Both the position numbers and the translations under genes were made by a program. DNA of 64,000 nt from Limisphaerales bacterium (GTDB taxonomy: Bacteria; Verrucomicrobiota; Verrucomicrobiia; Limisphaerales; JAJOIW01). The notes beneath the pieces were generated by a model. That model worked only from the letters and a program-made list of their open reading frames with translations, was not told where the DNA came from and searched no databases. The stretch is from assembly GCA_965657355.1 (NCBI GenBank), contig CBFHOE010000007.1, positions 224,001-288,000 on the forward strand, written 5' to 3'. This document shows, one piece after another, positions 41,478 to 50,429 of the stretch (positions are counted from its first letter, which is position 1; each line of letters begins with the position of its first letter).

Positions 41478-42749
41478 GTGGCAGTCCCAATGATGACAAA
41501 ATCTCAAGAAATAATAAATCGTTTCGACAATAGCGTTATCTCCAATTATGGAAGGTTTGATCTTGTTATTAGTAGAGCATACGAGTTTGAAGTATTTGAT
41601 ATCGAGGGACGGCGGTATTTGGATATGGGATTTGGTATTGCTGTCAATTGCCTCGGGCATTGTCACCCAGAGCTCAAAGATTGCCTAACTCAACAAATGG
41701 AGTCTTTAGATCACGTTTCAAATCTCTATTACTACGAAAACCAAGCCCAGCTAGCCGAAAACATCTCTCACCGCCTGGGCGGAGGAAAAGTATTCTTCTG
41801 CAATTCTGGCGCTGAATCCAACGAAGCAATTATCAAACTGGCCAGAAGATTCGGCCATAATGAAGGTCGTTACAAAATTATAACTGCCGAGAATTCTTTT
41901 CATGGAAGAACCCTGGCTACCATAGCAGCCACAGGTCAGCAAAAAGTAAAAACAGGATTTGGACCAGCAGTTGAAGGATTTTCACACATTCCTTTTGGAG
42001 ATTTATCAGCATTCGAAAATTCGATTGATGAAAAAACTGCCGCCATCCTCATAGAGGGCGTTCAAGGTGAAGGAGGACTCACAACGGCATCCGCAGAATA
42101 CCTGCGAGAAATTAGAAATATTTGTAATGAAGAAAACATTCTTTTCCTAATGGATGGCGTTCAGTGCGGAATGTTCAGGACGGGCAAGTTTCAAAGTATC
42201 CAAAGAATCCTGGATCTGAATTCCGAAGACCAAACCAATTGGTTACCTGATGCGATATCAATGGGAAAATCACTAGCCGGTGGATTTCCAATAGGAGCGC
42301 TTTGGGCTGGATCTAAAACTAAGGATATCCTGGAAGCAGGCTCACATGGCACGACCTATGGTGGAAATCCTCTCGCATGTGCAGTTTCCAATAAGGTTTT
42401 TGAAATTATTCAAAGAGACAATCTGGACAAAAACATACGAGACATGGAAATCCTCTTAAGGAAAAATCTTGAGTCAATAAAATCAGAATTTTCACAATCA
42501 ATTTTATCTATCAGAGGACTGGGATTCATGACGGGGATCGTCCTGAACCCTGAATCGCCAATTTTTAAGTCATTAAATGGTGTTACTCCCTCGATCTATG
42601 TCACAAAAAAAATACAAGAAATGGGAATGCTAGTCATCCCAGCAGGGCCGCATGTCGTCAGGTTTTTACCCGCGTACAATATTGGGCCGAAACAAATCGA
42701 TGAGGCCATTGGAATTCTCAGAAAATCAATGCAGCACATTCATGAGTAA
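41478..42749 (+). CDS. argD: Acetylornithine aminotransferase
   Basis: NSGAESNE, SFHGRT, QGEGG, GKSLAGG, HGTTYGGNP; within the arg operon; start may be ATG 41490 or 41493. Confidence 0.92.
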   Translation: MAVPMMTKSQEIINRFDNSVISNYGRFDLVISRAYEFEVFDIEGRRYLDMGFGIAVNCLGHCHPELKDCLTQQMESLDHVSNLYYYENQAQLAENISHRLGGGKVFFCNSGAESNEAIIKLARRFGHNEGRYKIITAENSFHGRTLATIAATGQQKVKTGFGPAVEGFSHIPFGDLSAFENSIDEKTAAILIEGVQGEGGLTTASAEYLREIRNICNEENILFLMDGVQCGMFRTGKFQSIQRILDLNSEDQTNWLPDAISMGKSLAGGFPIGALWAGSKTKDILEAGSHGTTYGGNPLACAVSNKVFEIIQRDNLDKNIRDMEILLRKNLESIKSEFSQSILSIRGLGFMTGIVLNPESPIFKSLNGVTPSIYVTKKIQEMGMLVIPAGPHVVRFLPAYNIGPKQIDEAIGILRKSMQHIHE

Positions 42750-42821
42750 CAAATCATCATTGATCAACCTAAATAAAAAATTACCCGAAGTATCAACCAA
42801 GGGATTCTGGAAAACAAAAAT

Positions 42822-43742
42822 ATGAATCACTTATTGAGCCTTGCAAAAATGAGCGGTACTGAAATGAGAGAGGTTATTGAGCTCTCCCATAAAGTGAAGG
42901 CTAACCGTAACAAACAACACCAAAAAATATTTGATGGCCAAACCTGGGCTTTGATCTTTTCAAAAGCGTCCACCAGGACAAGAGTTTCATTCGAAGTGGG
43001 ACTAAGAGAATTGGGTGCAAACGTCATTTTCCTTTCAGCTAGTGACATGCAATTAGGAAGAGGTGAGCCCATCAGGGATACAGCCCGAGTTTTGGGGCGC
43101 ATGGTTCATGGTGCTGTCATAAGAACGTTTGAGCAGTCAGATGTTGAGGAATTCGCAGAATTCTCAAAAATACCAACGATAAATGCCTTAACAGATGCCG
43201 AACACCCGTGCCAGATTCTTGCAGACATCTTTACTTTCGAGGAATTGAGGGGACGGATCGAGGGAAAAACAGTAACTTTCGTGGGAGACGGAGATTGCAA
43301 TGTGCCAAGATCTTGGATTTTCGCGGCGGCAAAACTAGGATTCGAGCTACGAATCGCAGCCCCAAGTGCATTCCACCCCCCACAATCAATAATTGATCAA
43401 GCCATGCACAATGCAGTCCCTGGTGCTCTGGTTTCGGTGACTGAAAATATCGAGGAAGCCACCAAAGGAACAGATCTTATCTATACCGATGTGTGGGTAT
43501 CTATGGGAAAAGAAGATGAATCAGCCGAGCGAATAAATACTCTCAAAGCGTATCAAATCAACCAAAAGATGGTGAACATGGCCCGGCCGAATGCGCTGAT
43601 AATGCACTGTCTGCCCGCTTATAGAGGCAAAGAAATCACCGAGGAGGTCATGGAAACAAATGCTGAAACCATCTTTAGTGAAGCCGAAAATAGGTTACAT
43701 GTCCAAAAATCCATTCTTATGAAGCTCAATAAGTCGAATTAA
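42822..43742 (+). CDS. argF: Ornithine carbamoyltransferase
   Basis: STRT, HPCQ, WVSMG, HCLP, AENR. Confidence 0.96.
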   Translation: MNHLLSLAKMSGTEMREVIELSHKVKANRNKQHQKIFDGQTWALIFSKASTRTRVSFEVGLRELGANVIFLSASDMQLGRGEPIRDTARVLGRMVHGAVIRTFEQSDVEEFAEFSKIPTINALTDAEHPCQILADIFTFEELRGRIEGKTVTFVGDGDCNVPRSWIFAAAKLGFELRIAAPSAFHPPQSIIDQAMHNAVPGALVSVTENIEEATKGTDLIYTDVWVSMGKEDESAERINTLKAYQINQKMVNMARPNALIMHCLPAYRGKEITEEVMETNAETIFSEAENRLHVQKSILMKLNKSN

Positions 43743-43784
43743 GTTTCTTTCTTTTTTCCTTTATAACGGCAAGATACTAATCAA

Positions 43785-45032
43785 ATGACAACAGAAGGTA
43801 ATTCCAAGGAAGCTCCGCCAAAGCCTAAGCAAAAAAGGGTTAACCTGAGAACTCCAGATATCATGGAAGCCGTCCAGGCTCAAGTTGAAGGCCATTATCG
43901 GTCTGAGCTTGTGGATACGCTTCGAGCCCGTGGAAATAAACTTCAGGCCGGATCAATCCGAATCAGGCTCGCTAAAGAATTTGGCTTTTGCTACGGGGTG
44001 GAGAGAGCCATTGACCTAGCCTACGCTGCTCGCAAAGTTTTCCCGAATGAACGACTTTTCATCTTAGGTGAAATCATACACAACCCTGAGGTGAATGACC
44101 AAGTGAGAGCCATGGGGATTAAATCAATAATGGGTTCTAATAAAGAATTCGATGTCGATGACCTAAGACCTGAAGACATTGTTATAATTCCAGCTTTCGG
44201 AGCTGAGGTAGATGTCATCGATAAAATCAAGTCCATCGGATGTCGATTTGTTGATACAACGTGCGGTGATGTCATGAGTGTTTGGAAAAGGGTCAGACAA
44301 TACTCTCGAGATAAATTCACTTCGATCATTCATGGGAAAGCTTGGCATGAAGAAACAAAGGCAACGAGCTCGAGAGCGACCGCCGCTGGACCAGGCCACT
44401 ACCTCGTGGTTTATAGCCTGGAAGAAACAGATTTCGTTTGTAACTTCATTTTGAATGGTGGCGATCGTGATGAATTTCTCAAGAAATTCGAAGGCGCCTT
44501 CTCCAATGGATTCGATCCAGATAAGCATTTAAAATACATAGGCGTCGCAAATCAGACCACCATGATGCGCGGCGAGACTGAGGAGGTCCAGAGAAGGTTA
44601 GCAAAAGCCATTGAATCAAAATATGGCAAGCAAGATCTGGACATGCATTTTAGGTTTTTCGATACAATTTGCGGCGCAACCCAGGATAGACAAGATGCAT
44701 TACATTACCTGCTGCGTGAGTCAATGGATTTACTTCTTGTTATTGGAGGTTACAATTCGTCCAATACTTCTCATCTCGCAGAAATGGGCGAAGCCGTATT
44801 GCCAACCTACTTCATTAAAAATGCATCTAAAATGGAATCCCCACAAAAAATAACCCATTTTAACCAGCACGTAGGAAAAGAAGAGACCACTGAAAACTGG
44901 CTACCCGAAGGAGAAATCACTATCGGCATTACAGCAGGCGCATCTTGTCCAAACAACCTTATCGAAGATACCATAAAACGCCTGTTGGATTTGAAAAAAA
45001 TATCAGTTGCTTCTATACTCGGCAATTCGTAA
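43785..45032 (+). CDS. ispH: 4-hydroxy-3-methylbut-2-enyl diphosphate reductase
   Basis: GFCYGVERA, IIHN, DTTC, QTT, TICGATQDRQ, SSNT, TAGASCP. Confidence 0.95.
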   Translation: MTTEGNSKEAPPKPKQKRVNLRTPDIMEAVQAQVEGHYRSELVDTLRARGNKLQAGSIRIRLAKEFGFCYGVERAIDLAYAARKVFPNERLFILGEIIHNPEVNDQVRAMGIKSIMGSNKEFDVDDLRPEDIVIIPAFGAEVDVIDKIKSIGCRFVDTTCGDVMSVWKRVRQYSRDKFTSIIHGKAWHEETKATSSRATAAGPGHYLVVYSLEETDFVCNFILNGGDRDEFLKKFEGAFSNGFDPDKHLKYIGVANQTTMMRGETEEVQRRLAKAIESKYGKQDLDMHFRFFDTICGATQDRQDALHYLLRESMDLLLVIGGYNSSNTSHLAEMGEAVLPTYFIKNASKMESPQKITHFNQHVGKEETTENWLPEGEITIGITAGASCPNNLIEDTIKRLLDLKKISVASILGNS

Positions 45033-45046
45033 ATCTTTAATTCGCC

Positions 45047-46249
45047 ATGAGTGAGGATGCTCTCACACCTCGAACAAGACTGGAACTCGAGGGCTTCGAA
45101 GATAACTACCTTGCGAACTATGCCCAAAGAAGCTTTCAATCAAAGGGTAGAAACTTTCCTGAGTCTATTTCAGACTGGAGGACAGCTTTTCAAAGAGATA
45201 GAGACAGGGTCGTCCACTCAAAAGCTTTTAGACGATTAGAATACAAAACCCAGGTATTCCTCAATGGTTCAGGCGACCATCTCAGAACCCGCCTAACTCA
45301 TACCATCGAAGTAGCCGCCATAAGTCGAAATATCGCCAGAGCGCTGAGATTAAATGAAGATCTTACAGAGACTATCGCACTGGCTCATGACTTAGGGCAT
45401 TCCCCTTTCGGGCATATGGGCGAACACACTCTTAACAAGCTCATGAAAGAGCATGGCGGTTTTGAGCATAATATACAAAGCCTAAGAATTGTAGAAACAC
45501 TTGAATCAAAATACCCAGACCACCCCGGTCTCAATTTGTCATGGGAGGTCAGAGAAGGGCTACTTAAGCACACAATTAATCCAGAACACCCAAATTGGAC
45601 GAGTGAATTCAATACCTTATGCCCCTCACTTGAGGCTCAGGTTGCTAATGTTGCAGACGAAATCACTTACTACAGCCACGACCTTGATGATGGGCTCGAA
45701 AGTGGCCTTCTCATTGATGAAAATCTCAGGGAGAATGTGGAAATATGGGACCGTATTTGTTCGGAAAATAAAAAAAATGCTATGGATTTGCCACCGGAAA
45801 GAAGGAGGTATTTCATTATCCGGTGCCTCATTGATTTTTTGGTTAAAGATATAGTGGAGACATCAATAAAGAATATCGACAAGTCAGGAGTTGATTCGAG
45901 CAATGCAGTCAGAAACTGGCCTGAGCGACTTGTTCGACCAAGCCAGGCTGTCCATGACATGCTCTACCAACTAAGAAAATATCTTTTCAATGAATTATAC
46001 CATCACCCGGTAGTTAAGTCCCCAAATCAAAATTCTATTGCCATGTTAGAGGAATTGTTTTCTTTCTATATACTCCAGCCGCAAGAGTTAGGTGAAGGGT
46101 CACAGAAAAGAATTCATGAATTTAACTTACACAGGGTGGTCTGTGATTATCTCTCCGGAATGACCGACGGATTTGCGATCGATGCTTACAAAAAACATCT
46201 CGGAAAACAACCACTACTTCCTTTTGGTGCCAATTTTGAAGCTCCATAG
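45047..46249 (+). CDS. dgt: Deoxyguanosinetriphosphate triphosphohydrolase (HD domain)
   Basis: FQRDRDR, RLEYKTQVF, RTRLTH, HDLGH, HDLDD, DYLSGMTD. Confidence 0.93.
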   Translation: MSEDALTPRTRLELEGFEDNYLANYAQRSFQSKGRNFPESISDWRTAFQRDRDRVVHSKAFRRLEYKTQVFLNGSGDHLRTRLTHTIEVAAISRNIARALRLNEDLTETIALAHDLGHSPFGHMGEHTLNKLMKEHGGFEHNIQSLRIVETLESKYPDHPGLNLSWEVREGLLKHTINPEHPNWTSEFNTLCPSLEAQVANVADEITYYSHDLDDGLESGLLIDENLRENVEIWDRICSENKKNAMDLPPERRRYFIIRCLIDFLVKDIVETSIKNIDKSGVDSSNAVRNWPERLVRPSQAVHDMLYQLRKYLFNELYHHPVVKSPNQNSIAMLEELFSFYILQPQELGEGSQKRIHEFNLHRVVCDYLSGMTDGFAIDAYKKHLGKQPLLPFGANFEAP

Positions 46250-46280
46250 AAAAATTCTACGAGTGTCATTCATTGCTATA

Positions 46281-46850
46281 TCAATTGAGTGAAGGATCGT
46301 CAGGCTGCTGAGAAATCAACTTGTATTCAGGCCCCATCTCAGCGAGCAGGTGGTTCCATATGTCCTTGCCTGGAATTGAAAAAATGGAATCTATAGACGA
46401 CTGGTGAACAAACCAAGCACCTGATTTCAATTCTTGCTCAAGCTGCCCGCTCCCCCAACCAGAATACCCTCCGAAAACTTTTATTTCCTTGCTTGGTGAA
46501 TAATTACCCACGAGCTCAAGAAGGCCTTCGATAGAATTTCCGAATTCTATTCCTGGTACGATATTAGTTTTGATTAACCCACCATCAGCATGGAGGTAGC
46601 TCAATACGTCTGTTTGAACAGGGCCGCCTAGATATAATGGCAAAGATTTTATGGATTCAGGCAAATTGGCTTCGACCACTTTACCTAAAGTCGAACCAGT
46701 AGGACGATTAATTACGAATCCAAGGGATCCTTCAAGGTCGTGCTGACAAAGATATATCACGGTCTTTTCGAAAAATGACCCTTTCAACTTACCGCTATCC
46801 AATAGAAATGCTCCCTTTAATGATTGATCTACAGCCATGCCATCTTCCAT
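46281..46850 (-). CDS. YqgE/AlgH family protein
   Basis: GFVINRP, GGPV, GYSGWGSGQLEQE, DPSLN. Confidence 0.93.
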   Translation of the reverse strand: MEDGMAVDQSLKGAFLLDSGKLKGSFFEKTVIYLCQHDLEGSLGFVINRPTGSTLGKVVEANLPESIKSLPLYLGGPVQTDVLSYLHADGGLIKTNIVPGIEFGNSIEGLLELVGNYSPSKEIKVFGGYSGWGSGQLEQELKSGAWFVHQSSIDSIFSIPGKDIWNHLLAEMGPEYKLISQQPDDPSLN

Positions 46851-47034
46851 ACACAGAACATTTACTATACGTATTTTGAGAAATTCCTCACATTTTTAAA
46901 AAATTGCGTAATGCAAACTAACAGGAATCTACTCACAAAATAGGATCCAATAAAATGTTACCCGGTTGTATTAAGTTTTCTTTTTGCATCCCTGTTTAAT
47001 TTAAAATCCTCGACTCATTCGTAAATTTAGCAAC

Positions 47035-47064
47035 AAAAAAACGCACCCAAAAGCATGAGTGCGC
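47035..47064 (-). terminator. Rho-independent terminator downstream of the RRM gene
   Basis: Minus strand GCGCACTCA-TGCTTT-TGGGTGCGT (G-U pairs) followed by a T run. Confidence 0.7.
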
Positions 47065-47115
47065 GTCTTTGAATTAAAATTCTGAACAAGGTAATTTTAG
47101 GATGAAATTGGTAAA

Positions 47116-47436
47116 TTAATACCTATCTCTTCTCCCGCCTCTGCCACCTCTATCGTTTCGATTATTACGGAATTTTCCACCGCCACCCGACGGTTTTTTC
47201 TCTTTAGCTTCATCAACATGCAGATTTCGCCCGTTAAATTCTTGCCCATTGATGGCTTCAATAGCATCTCGAGCTTCTGATTCTGATGAATAGGTTACAA
47301 ACGCAAAGCCCTTGTAATTTCCGGAGTCTCTATCTCTTGGCATATAAAAGTCAACAACGTCGCCATGGTTGCTGAACAAATCTTGGATATCATCCTCAGT
47401 CGATTCGTATGGTATGTTTGCTACAAAAAGTTTCAT
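47116..47436 (-). CDS. RNA recognition motif (RRM) RNA-binding protein with Gly/Arg-rich tail
   Basis: RNP2 LFVANI, RNP1 KGFAFVTY, RGG tail; true start ATG 47436. Confidence 0.93.
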   Translation of the reverse strand: MKLFVANIPYESTEDDIQDLFSNHGDVVDFYMPRDRDSGNYKGFAFVTYSSESEARDAIEAINGQEFNGRNLHVDEAKEKKPSGGGGKFRNNRNDRGGRGGRRDRY

Positions 47437-47730
47437 GACTAATAATTTGCTGAGGAAAAAATCAAATAGCCTAATGAGAAACAAATCTACAGATCGTGGC
47501 TTTCGCCAAATTCAGTCGATGAATCCATAACCATAAGACCAATAATCCCTTATCCTCAACTGAACAGTGGGCCATCTCCCTTCAATAAACAACCATAATC
47601 TCAGATTTTAAAGCCCGATTTCCCATTGTTCGCCATACGAACAATGGTTCAGTATTCATTTAGGCAAAATTTATAGACCACAGAGATTTCAAAATGATCG
47701 GGCCTTTAGCCTAACCATTAAAACTCGGCG

Positions 47731-48987
47731 TTATTGATTTTGGGCTGGCAATTCAAAGATCGTGGGAAATATGTAGGCAGGATCTTTGCGAAGTACGAGA
47801 GTTTGGTAAAGATTTTCAATCGTGCGCTCAGGTTCGATACCGTCTCGCATTTTTTTGCCATTAAAATAGAGCGATACAGGTTTATCTAAGTCAACCAAGC
47901 GGTCGTCTAGGTAAACCACGAATCCTTCCCTTGCATCCGATTCTATGTGTATATTTTGACCTTTTACTTCAGCTTTGGTCAGTGACCGTGATTTAGCTTT
48001 TCCTTCAGGAACTCCGATCCAATAGAAAGCGTCATGGGTGACATCGTCTTGAAGCCAAACAATTTTTTTAGGACGGCTATTCCTGGAAAATCTGGTCATC
48101 CAGGGAAAAGCCTCTGAGTCTTTCCCTTGCATCCAATGCCCGTAATCGGGGTAGATGACGACCTTGTGGGTATATCCTGCCGGATCAGACTCCTGCAACT
48201 CTTTCAAAAAACCTTTCCAATCTCTTGCTTTCTGATTCCGGCTGTATGCCGCATCTCGACCTCCCATATACAATGCGAAAGGAAGGTTTCGCAGTCCGTC
48301 AGCTTTTGTTTCATTGGGGTGACCAGCCATCATAGCAGCAGCAGCATACCTGTCGGCCATTCTCGGTGCTAGTTGGTAGACACCATCACCTCCTGCACTA
48401 TATCCATTTATGTAGACCTTGTTAGGGTTAACTCCTTGGAAAAGGACCATGTCCAAAATCAATTGGTCAAACATTGGATCAATGTGCCCCTGGTGCCATA
48501 GATTCCACGTATCAGTGGGCGCTCGCGGCGCGACATAAATGCCTTCTTTTGGTTTGTACAAACGAATCTGGTTTCTCCACTGTGAGTCGTTCACTCGTGA
48601 CGGGGCTCCCCCACCACCGTGCATTGAAATAAACAAACTTCTCCCATTTGCTGGTTTTTCACCAAAAACCTTAAATTCATACTTCATGACCTTGTCGCCC
48701 AGCCGGATTGCTTTTTGTTTATAAGAATCTAAACGAGAATTCTTGTAGTTTTTCTTAAACCATTTCCAAAGAATTTGGCGAGCTTCATTAGATTGCTCTT
48801 TTGAAAGGTTTGCTTGGGCCCAATGGCTTTTTTCAATCTTATTCCCAATTGCGCTCTGTTTTTCAGACCATTTTTTTAAGAAAGCAATAGGACTATCTTT
48901 CTCTTCTCCCATAACGGCTTGGACAAAAACTACGCTTAAAACAAGGATCAGAGCGGCAAATTGAATAGACTTTATTTTCCGAATCAT
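47731..48987 (-). CDS. Secreted alpha/beta-hydrolase (esterase/depolymerase-like)
   Basis: Signal peptide; MHGGG oxyanion region, GYSAGG nucleophile elbow, GHW. Confidence 0.75.
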   Translation of the reverse strand: MIRKIKSIQFAALILVLSVVFVQAVMGEEKDSPIAFLKKWSEKQSAIGNKIEKSHWAQANLSKEQSNEARQILWKWFKKNYKNSRLDSYKQKAIRLGDKVMKYEFKVFGEKPANGRSLFISMHGGGGAPSRVNDSQWRNQIRLYKPKEGIYVAPRAPTDTWNLWHQGHIDPMFDQLILDMVLFQGVNPNKVYINGYSAGGDGVYQLAPRMADRYAAAAMMAGHPNETKADGLRNLPFALYMGGRDAAYSRNQKARDWKGFLKELQESDPAGYTHKVVIYPDYGHWMQGKDSEAFPWMTRFSRNSRPKKIVWLQDDVTHDAFYWIGVPEGKAKSRSLTKAEVKGQNIHIESDAREGFVVYLDDRLVDLDKPVSLYFNGKKMRDGIEPERTIENLYQTLVLRKDPAYIFPTIFELPAQNQ

Positions 48988-49158
48988 CTTGAAGATTTTA
49001 TTAAATAATCATCTTTTCGCAAATTAATTAAGGATGTCCAATTCATTAAAAATATCTATTTACAAAGTCTTTATCGCCCTGATTGTTTATGTTTTTCTAG
49101 GTTATGAAATGAGAGATAAGATGAAGGTATGGAGACTCTCATAATTTTTTAGAAAAGA

Positions 49159-49383
49159 ATGGCAGAAAAAAACTCCCCCGAAGTCAAATGCCCCCAATGC
49201 AGTAAAAGAGGAAACTGGTTCGATGACCAGTGGGGCCCTTTTTGTTCAAGAAAGTGTAAACTTGTCGACCTGGGACAATGGCTTGACGAGGAGCACAAAA
49301 TTGAATCAGAACTAAAGCCAGACCATTTTGAAGGGTATGAAAATTTACCTCCTGGAAATTACTTGGACAATCCGGAGTCATAG
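49159..49383 (+). CDS. yacG: DNA gyrase inhibitor YacG
   Basis: CPQC...PFCSRKCKLVDLGQWLDE. Confidence 0.9.
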   Translation: MAEKNSPEVKCPQCSKRGNWFDDQWGPFCSRKCKLVDLGQWLDEEHKIESELKPDHFEGYENLPPGNYLDNPES

Positions 49384-49391
49384 GAAGAATT

Positions 49392-50381
49392 GTGATGGGC
49401 CTCTCAAGAAAAAGATATGTCATTTTCAGTGACGTGCACTATGCAGGTCCGGCCGAAACAAGACGCGGACTCTCCGAGGATAAAATCAAAGCTCCGTTAT
49501 ACCAAAAAGCATTTGTCAGCTTGTATCGAAATTTTCTTTGGCTCGCAGATCCAGTCTTTCACGCGAAAAGAATTCGCCCGCTTATCACAAAAATTAATAA
49601 GCTAAGTCCAGATGAAATAATCTATCTGGGTGACCTTTCAATGGATACTGGCTTTGTCGGTATCTCGGACCACGCGTCGTTTGAGTCCGCTGAAGAATTT
49701 ATTAACTTATGTCACTCTGAATTATCTTCGCCCATTCGTTGGGTCATGGGTGACCATGAATTAGGTAAAACGAGCATTATAGGAAAAATTGGAGGACCAA
49801 GGTTTGAAAGTATGTCAAAATGGACAGACGCGCTTAATATGCCCATTCATTGGTCTTCAAAATGGAACCACTGGAAACTTATTTGCCTTTGTAGCACTTT
49901 AGCAGCTTATCCTGTCTACTCCCCAGAGTTTCTACCTAGTGAGTTAAAAGCGTGGGAGGCCGCCCGTCAGAATCACCTCAGCTGGATTAAAGATACTTTT
50001 GAGAATATTTCAAAAGAAGAAAGGGTAATCATTTTTTGTCACGATCCATCGGCTCTGGGGTATGTCTCTGAAATCAAGGAGGTCAGAGAAAAAATGAGCC
50101 AAATAGCAGTAACATGGGTAGGCCATATGCATACATCAGCTGTAGCCCAGGCCGCACAGATTCTCTCAGGTGTCCCCGAGGTGTGCTCATTTGGTCATTC
50201 AATAAGAAGATTCACAGTTGCTCTAAATCGTGCTAAAGTTTGGAGGGATTTTAAAATGAAGCTTTGCCCTTCCCCTTCTGGATCCGAGCTTTTCAGAGAT
50301 GGTGGCTTCTATGAAATGACCCTTTTTGGGGAGGATGACAAACAGCACCCCACTTGTGTTTTTCACCCATTTCCATGGTAG
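49392..50381 (+). CDS. Calcineurin-like metallophosphoesterase
   Basis: SDVH, LGD, GDHE, FCHD and GHMH motifs. Confidence 0.85.
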   Translation: MMGLSRKRYVIFSDVHYAGPAETRRGLSEDKIKAPLYQKAFVSLYRNFLWLADPVFHAKRIRPLITKINKLSPDEIIYLGDLSMDTGFVGISDHASFESAEEFINLCHSELSSPIRWVMGDHELGKTSIIGKIGGPRFESMSKWTDALNMPIHWSSKWNHWKLICLCSTLAAYPVYSPEFLPSELKAWEAARQNHLSWIKDTFENISKEERVIIFCHDPSALGYVSEIKEVREKMSQIAVTWVGHMHTSAVAQAAQILSGVPEVCSFGHSIRRFTVALNRAKVWRDFKMKLCPSPSGSELFRDGGFYEMTLFGEDDKQHPTCVFHPFPW

Positions 50382-50429
50382 TATAAATCTACTGCCCCAA
50401 AGTCGAATAAAGCCAATGAGTTAATAGAT

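Noticed and set aside
45047..46249. dGTPase as an anti-phage defence gene
   Set aside because: Housekeeping-type Dgt, coupled to ispH in core context with host-like composition
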